A stretch of 64,000 bases of DNA from Babesia bigemina (lineage: Eukaryota). A program made the position numbers and the translations under genes. This document shows positions 37,005 to 47,918 of this stretch, one piece after another. The notes beneath the pieces were generated by a model, which saw only the letters and a program-made list of their open reading frames with translations, did not search any database and had not been told where the DNA came from. The stretch spans positions 1,240,001 to 1,304,000 of the forward strand of contig NC_027217.1 in the NCBI RefSeq assembly GCF_000981445.1, written 5' to 3'. Position 1 is the stretch's first letter. Every line of letters begins with the position of its first letter.

Positions 37005-38660
37005 GAGGGAACAGTGGGCTGAATCTCCCCCTCCTCAACTTCCACATCGGAGACGCGGGTTACTTTCTCGAATTCACCGTCTTCCATGCATGTGAATTGC
37101 AACAGACGGTTCACATAACCCGTGGTATTGCGCAGGCGAAGCGGGAATTGGCGATTAAGCCCAGATGCCTCATTCCACATTTTCATGCGTGTTGCGCGGC
37201 GCGACTTCTTAGAACTGCACAGTAATATTTAACCACAGACTAACATACCGAGAGGATGTGGCCGGTATCGGCTTTACGTATGGCAGATTTAGAATGGGTA
37301 GACGCGTCACAGTTGAAAATTTTGACGCCGTTAGTACCACGTGACTGCTGCCATCCGCGCGCTTAAAGGGCGTGACTGACCGCTGAACATAACGTAGCTT
37401 TAACCATTCCCCGGGTTGTACGCGGTTGTGCGACTCGAGTAAGTTAGAAACCAAAATGTCGTTCATGCCCATCACCAGGGCAATCGACGATGCGTCGCTC
37501 ACCACCAGATTCACGTCGGGTTCTGGAGAAACTTCGAGCACGCACACGACGAAGTCATTTCCGCATGGACCTGCATCGGCTATTGTGCGTGCGAATTCGG
37601 GATTGGTAATGAGCTCCCTGGCATCCAATGTGTCCCGAACCCAAGTGCGCAACTTAGTGATCATCTCCAAGTCCACATCGTCTACTCGAGTCTGGGTACC
37701 GCTATATACGACGAGAGCCTCCGATTCGAGCTTCTTCAGATCATCGGTACGACGTCTTTTGCGGTCGCACTCTTCTTCAACGGGCTCGCTTGCAGCTGGA
37801 TCCTGTCGCTCTGTATTAACCCTACACGCTTCATTAGGCCATATTCGCATGGAAGGGAAATTCTTCAGGCCCATTATGATGTTTACATGCTTCTTGCCGG
37901 TTTTGTCTGTAACAAACTCCGCGTTCACCCGCCTCAGACGAATTATATCACCGTAATTCACATGGAAGTGCTTGGAAGCGTTCGGAAGCAGGATTTGAAC
38001 CGAGTAATCAATGCACTGGTCCTCATGCGTGCCGTACACAGATGGGTCGATGGCACGGTAGTTCAAGAAGTCGGCCTGTGTTCGAACGCTTCGCAAATTG
38101 GAGCGAATCATCTCCACAGCCACCACGTAGATGCTGATATTTTGTTGAGAATGCTTTATATGGGCAAGCGGCACGTACACATGGGGCTCAGTGGTGGCTG
38201 TGATGATATCCGTCGTTGATGTGGTAGCAACTGCCGGTGGTTCTGCGTCCTCAAGGTTGCTGTCGGCCGCAACAGCCGAAGTCGCTACGACGGGTTGCGA
38301 TTTGTAAATATGTGAAGGCTGCGAGATCGTTTCAACTACCACTGGCTCCGTCTGCGACGATTCGTCTGACCGTAACACGTTCGCCTCGCGTGCGCTTGAT
38401 CGGCGTAATACTTCACGAGGCGGCAACGGCTCCGTTGTTAATGCCGGCAGGCTGAAAGAACGCGGCCCCAACTCAGGACTCATTCTAGGACTTGTATGAG
38501 CATGGGTGCCTCGCGGAGATTGTCTAGACAATGCATGGATCTGAGCTCCAGCAACAGCATCAATTTGGTTACGCATCAGCTCCAGCATTTGCGACACGTT
38601 CGCTGCATAAGCATTAATAGCATACAGTGGCGAATGTAAATGACAGCACATTGCCAGCAT
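36998..38660 (-). CDS. OB-fold protein, POT1/TEBP-alpha-like (start uncertain; intron ~37215-37248)
   Basis: YVPLAHI..ISIYVV..IDPS..VNYGDIIRLRRV; DLEMITKLRTWV; VQPGEWLKLRYV. Confidence 0.7.
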
Positions 38661-38973
38661 TGGCTTGCACAGCTCTTTAGTGCGCAGAGGACGGAACAAA
38701 ATGACGTACAACAACCGAATTGGCGCAATGTCAGACGAAAAATAATATAATATGCAACAATGACGCGTTCTTGCTGCTTCTTACGTATATTTATGATGCA
38801 ATCGTTAACGAAATGTAGATGCGTTCGGGATGGTGTTACGCAAATATACAGCCGCGAATCAGTCACGTATAAAAGGTGAACGTACAGTTTGTCGAAGAGC
38901 TAGGGTCGTACGACGTCTGATGGGCATTATTGCTTGCAGCATATTCGTCAACTACACGCAGCTTGCGGAATAC

Positions 38974-39970
38974 ATGTCAAAAACGTACCTGGCGAGCGTG
39001 CCGCCGCCACGATAGTCGACAGCCCCTCGATCAATGGGTCGCTCGAAGACTCTATGGCTCCACGCTGCTCATGAAGAGCCCTGCGTATGTTGGCAATGCG
39101 ATTTTGCCAATCTCCTTCGCCGCATTGCGAAGATGAGCGCAGCGTATCCAGAATCTGGTCAAGGGTGTCGAGGATTCCCCGTCCCATCGGGAGCACAACA
39201 ACGCTTCAAAGACAGAATGCAAGAAATTGACACATCGTAATTATAATGAAATCTAGACAATTAGTAGTCGTCCTCGAGGATGCCACCATTATAAACACAC
39301 AGGTTGGTCCCATACGCTGGCGCGCACGCCGAATCCTAACGATTGGACCCTAAAATGGCTGCTAAACACAAAGTCACACATTGTGCAGAAGGAGTCCAGG
39401 GTTGATATACTGCACCAATGTTTATTGGTGCTCCTAGACAGTCCGCTCAATAAGGTAACAATAACGGTGACGACGAATCATGAACATCAGAGTGGGCTTC
39501 TCAAGGTCCTTATCAGAACGGAAGACAACACACTTATCGATGTTTCACCACACCTACGCGTTCCCAGGACTGCTAAACAGTTCGACAGCTTGCTCGTCCA
39601 CCTAATGTACAAGCGGCAGGTCAAGTCACAGGAGAGGGACAATGTGCTAATGCGTGTATGTAACTTTGCAACTCCAAAAGAATGTCATTAGGTGATCAAG
39701 AATAACATAGAGGTTGCTCTGCCTCCAGGGTCGCGCAGGTTCGGGATGTCGGTAGGAGGCAGGTCTGTGAACCTAAAGGAGTTCTGCCACCAATTCGCGG
39801 AAGTAGAGTATCCCGTAGTCTTCCATGTGGGAGCTGTATCGCATTCACAGCCTAAAGGCACAGTCACCCAAGTAGAGGAAGTGTTGTCCATATCCAACCA
39901 TGGGCTGACAGCTGCGCACGTATGCGCTAAATTATGTAGTGAATTCGAGTTGCTGATGCAGGTGGTTTAA
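38974..39970 (+). CDS. EMG1: 18S rRNA pseudouridine N1-methyltransferase NEP1/EMG1
   Basis: MSKT/QLVVVLEDA, RVDILHQCLLVLLDSPLNK, RVPRT..F..L, GAVSH, ISNHGLTAAHVCAKL. Confidence 0.93.
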
Positions 39971-40277
39971 TCTACGTCTCTACTTTGGTGTGGGCGAATC
40001 GCGTCCTTCTGCGCTCGTATCTTCAAAGGTCCATGAAGTGTTGCCACGGCTGGCGATCACGAGGGGCAAGGCTTCTCGGCCCCAAGGCAGATCCAAATAA
40101 CGGGGAACGCGCAAACACCGCAGAGGCGGCAGGTGCGCGAAAACGTGGATGGCACAAAACGCCACACCGATCGTAGACCAAGCGACCACAGAATTTGTCA
40201 AACATTAAACAAAACACTACGCATTAAAACGTGGAACGTTTGCTCTTTCTCTTGCGATTTATTGTATTGGTGCTCGA

Positions 40278-41004
40278 TCAGGTCCTGCTGGAGAATGGGG
40301 ACATAATTGACGATAACAGGGAACTGGAAACGCCAGTGACACGTTGGGTCATCTGCTCAAAGCTGCTGCGAATCCGTGAAAACACAGATCCAATTGTTTC
40401 ACTAAACGCATTGGTAGGAGCGTGACGCTTCGCAGCGGGACCCTTCTTATCGACTTCGTTCACGGTTTTGTCGCGCTGACGTTTGCCGCTTCCTGAGCGT
40501 TTAGAACCTTCGGCGGGCTGCCTTGGAGAGGCTGGCACCTTCTCCGAAACGGAAGACTTGCCAGTCTGTTGCTTTTTGTTCTCCGCCTTGTTGCGCCCTT
40601 TAACTTGGCCTGCAGGCTGTGCCTTCACCGCCGGCACAGACGTAGCAGCGGCAATGGTCTTAGCATCAACCGCTGGTTCGGTTGCTCCGGACTGCTTCTT
40701 GTCCGCTATGACATCCTTCCTCTTGGCCGCCACCCTGTGCTTCACAGCCTGAATAACCATTAATTAAGCCTCCAAAACTGTGCAACATGCGCTGTATGAA
40801 AGGAATCGTGTGCAGCCAAATGGGCCAGGAGAAGTCCACGCAGAAACGGTTTACCGGCAGGGCATGTACGCCGGGAATCGCAATGTAGTATGCCAGTAGC
40901 GTAAAATATACAGCGCCATACCAAAAACATGGCGTTGCGCAGGGCAGGAGCCGAATGTGCAGCCACTGTATACTCACCTTAGGTTGAACAGCGTGATTCG
41001 ACAT
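40278..41004 (-). CDS. Lys/Ala-rich hypothetical protein (2 exons)
   Basis: MSNHAVQPK, GTGAGT donor, ~230-nt intron, in-frame AVKHRVAAKRKD... Confidence 0.7.
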
Positions 41005-41102
41005 TTCTACAAAGTGCGAACCCGAAGGCACAAATCTATTATAGTTCTAAAATTCGAGTGCTGGTTAAAATATTGTTTGATTCAAAGCTTTTTGGCACCG
41101 GA

Positions 41103-42424
41103 CTAGGATGCACTCTTGTGCTCGCAAAGGCTGGGAGCGGGCCACGCGTAAGGGGCAACCCCGGACGGTTCGTATAATACCTCCTGTAAATAATGTTTAA
41201 GCATTAGATAGCTCGTACCTCAACTCTGCCGCCGCGGAAACGGAGCGCAGCCGGGTAGCGGTCACAGCTATATTCCGGTGTGCTGTCGCCACTATACATC
41301 CACGCGACCACTGCCTTCGGCTCAGATTCTGCCGAACCCTTTACGAAGGAAAGAAATTCTTGAATCAAGTGTTCGGTATCAAAGAGCAACAAGAAAAATG
41401 GTGCGTCGGCGTCCATTGTCTCCAGCATCAGTTGCAATTCCTCTACGGTGACACGAGGAACGTCAGGGTCGTGGCTCGATGCGGCCTCTGAACACGGGGA
41501 TTTGCAGCCCATGTAGATACTTTGACGCGCTTGAACGAATGCGAAGTCATACAAGTAGCAATTTTCTGCGTTTTTGAATGCGATATAAGCGTCGAACGGG
41601 GTGGTGTAGCCAAAGCGCTGCATTTCGCGGAACACCACATCCACCTCCACAGAGTCCGCTAGTCTTTCACTTGAGCAAGGAATGCGTACAAGGCGCTGTT
41701 TAGCTGCTGCAATCTTCTCCACTACCGATAAAGCAAACTGCTTGGTAACTCCTTCGCAACGCTCGACTCCAGGGCACTGCGGATAGCCGCCATCCAGCAC
41801 GGCATTGTACATCAGCTCGACGCCATTGATGTACATCTGCACCTGGTCATCCTGTGAAAGTGTTAGCATAGGCTTTCATTCCGATGTGTTGAGCCAGCCC
41901 GATTATGAGCGATAATTAAGTAAAGACGCACACAATTGACAATCAAGAGATTTGGCAGATTAATCTGCATTGAAAGCATCTCTCAGGAACTTACACTACG
42001 AAAACGGTCAATAGCCTTGTCTAGCGTAGCAGCGTCCAAACCAAATTCGGATAGCACGGAATCTTGAGCCTTACGAAGCTTCAGCTGGACCCATTCCTGG
42101 TTCAAAAGTGAGCGTACTGACTCCTTAGAAAGAGGCGTGTCTCCATTATGAGGAGCGGCTACGCTGTTAATGGCGCTGTGCTCTGTTAACACCTTGCAAA
42201 CTGACCTACCTAGCCAGGTCGTTGAAAACCACAAACAAAACGCGTGAATTCTTTTGTAATATGGGAAGAAGCTGGTAGATGTTCTCAAAAGAGCTGTTAG
42301 AGCTCAACAGCCAAGATACAAAGCGATTTTGCCGCCAACTACCAGGGGATAACAAGCACGCCGTCACAACCACCACCGCCAATGACACCAATTCCAGCCT
42401 TAGGTCCCTTCCATTGGCGCCCAT
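41103..42424 (-). CDS. Hypothetical protein with N-terminal hydrophobic anchor (multi-exon)
   Basis: ORFs 42206-42424, 41983-42205 and 41204-41850 joinable by short introns. Confidence 0.65.
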
Positions 42425-42538
42425 TATAGCTGCATAAACAACAGGCGAAGTTCGTATCTGTTGGCATATATGCGGGTCCCCATAGGCATCAGCAGATGCC
42501 GCGCAGCCGTAGCAGCGACACACTTCACTTCCATAAAA

Positions 42539-43486
42539 ATGGAGTACGGACAAGAGATATTGAAAATCCGCCAGCGCATTGAGGAGTTTGTGCCAAATAT
42601 TTTAGACAAAGCTCCAAGCGAAGAAGAGGTGAGGATACACACCTTATTGTTGTCTAAAATAACGCAGGTAAAAGAGCTCCTAGGGCACCTGAGGAAGCTG
42701 GAGGATGTGAAAGTCGACAGAACGCTGCTGCAGAACACTCGTATAGGTGCAGCACTCACCAAACTTGCCAAAAGCCCGTCAAAGGATATAGACGTTTTGA
42801 AAGACACGGCCGTCAAACTCACCAGCAAATGGAAGGACACACTACGTCAGCAGGGTTCAAGCAAAGAAAATGCAGATGATGCTCCTCTAAAGAGGCAGAA
42901 GACCGAACCGGCTGACGGAAATGCGGATAGCCTGCCAAAGTATCAGTATCTGCTGCATAACCAGGACATACGTGACAAGGCACTTGTGTACATTTTCAAT
43001 GCATTCACAGCGGTTCCAGGTAGCGGTTACGACTACAAGAAGGTCAGCAAGCTTGCATATGACGTGGAGTGCGGTCTATTTGACAAATATCTTGTCAATC
43101 AAAGCAACCAAAAAGAGTACACACTTAAGCTCAAATCCATCGCCTTTAATCTTAGGGACCCCAAAAACGCCACATTCAGGAACAAAATATACAACGGAGA
43201 TATAGACGCGAACAAAGTCGCTGCAATGGAATCTGCGGAGATGGCTAGTGATGAAAAAAAGATGGAAAGAATTAACATCCTGCAGGAATCGTTAGAGGCG
43301 TGCCAATCTGACTGGGCTGTGAAAAATATCCTAATGTCAAAAGACGGGAAGAAAAAGGGTCAATTTAAGTGTTTCAAATGCAATTCGTCGGAGACTGTTT
43401 ACCATCAGCTGCAAACACGTTCCAGCGACGAACCGATGACTACGTTCGTAACGTGTCTACAGTGCAATAACCGATGGAAATTCTGA
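42539..43486 (+). CDS. TFIIS: Transcription elongation factor TFIIS
   Basis: LQNTRIG, SIAFNLRDPKN, EMASDE, CFKC...QTRSSDEPMTTFVTCLQCNNRWKF. Confidence 0.97.
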   Translation: MEYGQEILKIRQRIEEFVPNILDKAPSEEEVRIHTLLLSKITQVKELLGHLRKLEDVKVDRTLLQNTRIGAALTKLAKSPSKDIDVLKDTAVKLTSKWKDTLRQQGSSKENADDAPLKRQKTEPADGNADSLPKYQYLLHNQDIRDKALVYIFNAFTAVPGSGYDYKKVSKLAYDVECGLFDKYLVNQSNQKEYTLKLKSIAFNLRDPKNATFRNKIYNGDIDANKVAAMESAEMASDEKKMERINILQESLEACQSDWAVKNILMSKDGKKKGQFKCFKCNSSETVYHQLQTRSSDEPMTTFVTCLQCNNRWKF

Positions 43487-43987
43487 GGCTCCCGGAGACG
43501 GTATCACATTCTCAACGAACGTATAACTGTATACATATATCGCAAAAAGGTTATGGTAACCTTCAACGTAAACGTGCTCCATCTGCGTATAGAATCCATT
43601 TCCACCGTTTCAGGTGTATGTGTGTTCGCACGCACCTTTGGTGCCAAGGTAATAGTTGTTGCAATAAGACTGTCAAATTTTCACACATCTATTAGCCTGC
43701 TGACTCGGGTTGATGGCGAATGTTCCTTGCGGCGACCTTAATGATGTCGCCAGTCGGCCTTCTAAAGCAGTGCCGGCTACTTACCAAAGCAAATTTTATC
43801 AAGCAGATTGCAACCGATCTGTGTGTAACATTTAACAATTGTATAATGTCCTCTAAGCATTTGTATCATCACTGGATGACTCGCTAGCGGTTATTACGAT
43901 GGCCGCCGCATTAATCCCTGGATATCTTCAAGTCAAACCGCGCCTGGTCGCATTGCAACGTTGAATTTACAATGCGATGTAACTCCC

Positions 43988-46411
43988 ATGGATTGGAGAA
44001 GCATCGGCACCTCCTTTGTGCCATCTCTAGAGGAGAAGCCTTCCCGCACATCGGCACAGCCACTGCCCTTACTGGAAGACAATGGCAACGACAAGCCTCC
44101 TACGTATTCCAGATGGCAGTACGTGGTCGGTGTTGCGTCGGAAGATCAAAGCGTATTGCTCCAGAAACTAGAGGAGTCCAAGGAAGGCAGCGTGAGAGGG
44201 GGGAACCGCCATGCGCAGCCTCTAGCGATTCTTGACACAACCACACCAAAGGCCCGGTATTACGAGAACCAGGTATGTTGGAGCGATGAAAATGGCGTCA
44301 TAAAAGAAAGGATAAAATCTTTCAAGGAACTGACGTTAGACCCAACAGTGGCACCCTCGCTGGACGCATGGCTCAGATACATAAGGGCAAAGGCCGGTGA
44401 ACTTGTGCTGAAATTGCAAGGCAACAAAACAAACGTGCCTGAATGTATGCTGACTAGACTGAACATAGCACAGGAGCTTGAGGTTGCTGCCCAAAACTGC
44501 GAACTCCTCCACAAAATGAGTGGGATCGTGAAACTGACAGGGAATGTGGAGTGGTGCGGCGTACAAGACACCGCTGGCATAGCGTACATGTTTATCCTCA
44601 TTTTATTTTATAAAAAGATGTTAATCCCCACGTTCGACGACGTGCTGGATACGGTTAAATGGATAAAGACGTGGTCCAACGACTACCTAAGGGTTGATCA
44701 ACTCAGGCACGAGCTAACCACCCATACCCACCAGTTGGTCTCAACGGAACCTGTATATTGGGAATATATGTCTGGAATAGTTATTCAAACCCCCATGGAG
44801 CATGGTCGATTCCTCAAGGTGACATCGGTGTTCTTCAATCATCTTAGCCGAATGGCGGATATGGATATTGCGCCCAGAGGCAAAATTGAAAAATCAATCG
44901 TCGTGCTACTAACTGAATGTTTTATACCACGTCTCCTAGCGTCTGGGCATCATGATGTGGCTGTCAACGTGATCAGACATTGGTTGGCACATAATATGCT
45001 CGGCAGCAACTCTTGCGACGTCTTCGCTAACATCTCCAAACACTACCTCCTGCACAGCTTGAGCATAGTGCAGCGCCAGTGTAATTTGGATAAAAGCGCC
45101 TTAATGGATCTGTGCGACGCTGTGGATGCGTTTTTGAAGGAAACTGGGCAAAGCCAGCAAGTGGAATTAGGGTACCTGAAATCGCTTGATTACTGTCAGG
45201 TGGATCCTGTCGATGTTGTACAGTTGCCCATAAAGCCGTTTAAACTATGTAACGATCATGCTAATGAGTTATTGTTTAGAATACTGGAACTATTCGGAAG
45301 CGAATCCGTTGACCGAGTCCCAAGCAACAGCAGGTGGTACAATTTCGTGAAGAGTACGGTAGTTAACACCCGCTGTGCCAAAACGTTCCGTACGCTTTTA
45401 TTAATGCATGCTATGGTTGTGACACCAGAAGTGAAAATATTTTGGTGTCTACTGATGCGTGCTTGTCAACGAAAAGATATATCCAAGAAAATACTGCAGC
45501 TAAATATGAAGGACCCTGATCTTTGGGCAACATATGCGGCCATCACTACCACCGTGTCAGAAGCCAAAGTCGTATACGAGGAAGCAGTGGGGGTGTTTCC
45601 GAACCACTTTCCTCTTCTGGTGGCGTGGTTAATGTTCTGCTTGGAACATGATAGAGAAAATGCGGATGGAGCCCTAACCTCCCTGAAGAGAGAATTGGAT
45701 AGTAGATGTGGAACCCAAACAAGTGCTCCCGAACATGAGAGCGCACAAAGTAATGCGCTTGGTGCTATCAGCCCGTCCAGGGCTTGCGCTACTGTGCTGG
45801 TGTGGATGCTAGGCAATAGGGGCCGCCTTCACGAAAAGCGTTGCATAGCCGAATTTAAATCAATGGTTTTCGTTTTAAGTGAATATGACGTTGGGGTTGT
45901 GCTTAGGGCTGCTTGCTTGTGTATGCCGCCAAAAATTGCGCAACAACTTGCCGAGCCCATAGTGAGAACGTACCCAAACAACGAAACCATCACCGCCCTG
46001 TACGTAGAACACTGCATCGCAAGAGTAGACAAACCAGCAATACTTCGACTAGTTTCTGACTATTTAGTGAGGCCACTGATTTCCATGGCTACGAAGCACA
46101 TGGCGCAGTTTGCGGATTGCTTACGGAACAAAAACTATGACGGTGGAATCAGGCTCATGCTGCTGTGCAGGGTTGATTTGAGTGGGAACGTGCTAAGGTC
46201 AATTATTGAGGAGCCAATGCCGTTCAAGCTGCCTAGCGTCCGGATTCTTCTGCACGCTCTCAAAAGCACTGCAAGGACTTGCGACACGGTACAACTCGTG
46301 GCAAAACATTGTGCCTTCTCCAAGGCACTATGGTTAATCCTCGCTGAACATCTCCCGGCATCTAGCAACATTATTGAGGAAGATATGAAAGCAAACGGCA
46401 TAAAACTATAG
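43988..46411 (+). CDS. HAT-repeat protein, NRDE2-like
   Basis: LDAWLRYI, DLWATYA, LLVAWLMF, C-terminal HCAFSKALWL...MKANGIKL. Confidence 0.55.
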   Translation: MDWRSIGTSFVPSLEEKPSRTSAQPLPLLEDNGNDKPPTYSRWQYVVGVASEDQSVLLQKLEESKEGSVRGGNRHAQPLAILDTTTPKARYYENQVCWSDENGVIKERIKSFKELTLDPTVAPSLDAWLRYIRAKAGELVLKLQGNKTNVPECMLTRLNIAQELEVAAQNCELLHKMSGIVKLTGNVEWCGVQDTAGIAYMFILILFYKKMLIPTFDDVLDTVKWIKTWSNDYLRVDQLRHELTTHTHQLVSTEPVYWEYMSGIVIQTPMEHGRFLKVTSVFFNHLSRMADMDIAPRGKIEKSIVVLLTECFIPRLLASGHHDVAVNVIRHWLAHNMLGSNSCDVFANISKHYLLHSLSIVQRQCNLDKSALMDLCDAVDAFLKETGQSQQVELGYLKSLDYCQVDPVDVVQLPIKPFKLCNDHANELLFRILELFGSESVDRVPSNSRWYNFVKSTVVNTRCAKTFRTLLLMHAMVVTPEVKIFWCLLMRACQRKDISKKILQLNMKDPDLWATYAAITTTVSEAKVVYEEAVGVFPNHFPLLVAWLMFCLEHDRENADGALTSLKRELDSRCGTQTSAPEHESAQSNALGAISPSRACATVLVWMLGNRGRLHEKRCIAEFKSMVFVLSEYDVGVVLRAACLCMPPKIAQQLAEPIVRTYPNNETITALYVEHCIARVDKPAILRLVSDYLVRPLISMATKHMAQFADCLRNKNYDGGIRLMLLCRVDLSGNVLRSIIEEPMPFKLPSVRILLHALKSTARTCDTVQLVAKHCAFSKALWLILAEHLPASSNIIEEDMKANGIKL

Positions 46412-46572
46412 CTGGCACTATGCTAGCTGCAACGTTCAACGCCAAGCGAGGCGGCAGACCCGGAACATTCGTAAAACAAACGTTCACGTGCACGTTGTAA
46501 CAGCTCATGTACACTATTTTAAATCTAACAGAACGCCAATGCTTGTAACCGATGTAGTCCTAAATGGAAAAC

Positions 46573-47766
46573 TTACATTACCATGGATCCGTCCTCAGAC
46601 ACTGATAGCAGGGCGCATTCGTCGTCGTCGCACGGAAGAGTCGCCAGGTCCAGTACCATTTTCTGGTGCGGACGGTTGTGCTTGATCACCTTGCCGTTCT
46701 TCAACGTGTAGAGCTCCCCACGAACGTTGCTCACAGCCACCACCAACACGGACGGCACCCACACCATGCGGGTCAGCTTCGACAACAGTGGCACGACGTT
46801 CAGCTTGGCCATGCGCTCGCAATCCCACGTAATTACTCGGCCGTCATGACCGCAGCTCACAGCCATCGTGGACGACGCACCGGTGCAAAATTTCACCGCC
46901 TCCACAGTGTCGGTGTGATCCTCCAGAAATGATGCGGATATACTTTTCTTAGTTAGTCCCACGAAGTACAGAGATCCATCGTATAACCCCGCCACAGCGA
47001 GCTGTACAGTATCGTGGCAGTCGACGCAAGTCACTGAATCTTTGCCAAGTGGAACGTCGCTCACGCTGCCCACGGTGCCGTTAGAATAACGTACAATGTT
47101 GAGGTGCCCGTCATCACCTCCCAACACGGCCAACGCATTGTCACCGTACATACATAACTTGCCGCAGGAGTTGGTGTCGGTTGTATTCACGCAAGCCGTC
47201 GTCTGCAATTGCGGGTCCCAAATGTACACGGTGTGGCCTGAGCCACCAAACATCACGGCGCTAGAGTCGCCTAGCCACGAAATCCATTCAATGCCGTCAG
47301 TGGGCCCGTTAACCGTGCACATGTGATCATACTTCGTACCGACCGTGCTGTAAACCAAAAAGCAGCCATCCATGCAGCCGAGCGACAGATAAGCGCCATT
47401 GGGGGAATATGCGCAGCAACTCACGGTCTCTTCGAAAGGACCCAGCAAGGTTTGTTGAGCCTCGCTTCCTTCTGCGAACTTTCGAAACTATGACTGGCAA
47501 AACAAACCGTCCTGTGATGATAAGTCGACTATCGTACACGTGTCGTCGCACGAACCGACCGCAACGTGAGCCACCTCCGGAAAAGCTGGATGTACCGACA
47601 AAGAAATCAATTCAGCCTTGAATTCCTTTCTCCAGCACTCGTATGTAGTGTCTAATGGCTGGTCAGAGTCGGAATCATCGTCTATGACGCAGCCCGGTTT
47701 GAGGTGAAAGACATCATCTTCCTCCGCATCCTTCTCGGCAAAATCGTCCAGATTTTTCACCCACAT
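46573..47766 (-). CDS. WD40 protein, SQT1/AAMP-like (3' end approximate)
   Basis: Acidic N-terminus; VAVGSCDD, GPTDGIEWISW, HTDTVEAVKF WD repeats. Confidence 0.75.
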
Positions 47767-47918
47767 TCTGTAAATGGCAATGTGTCAAAAACAGTTAATA
47801 ATGTTATGACGGCCTGCGGCAGTCAGCCCGTCGGCGGGCTTACCGCGGCCGGATAAGCACAGAAAACGGAAACCATTCGGGGTTTTCGTTGCACATTATA
47901 ACACATAGCGTCGTAGAC

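Noticed and set aside
38985..39258. EMG1 intron as RNase P/MRP or SRP RNA
   Set aside because: No matching CR-I/CR-V P4 pair, and no GNRA-capped SRP helix 8
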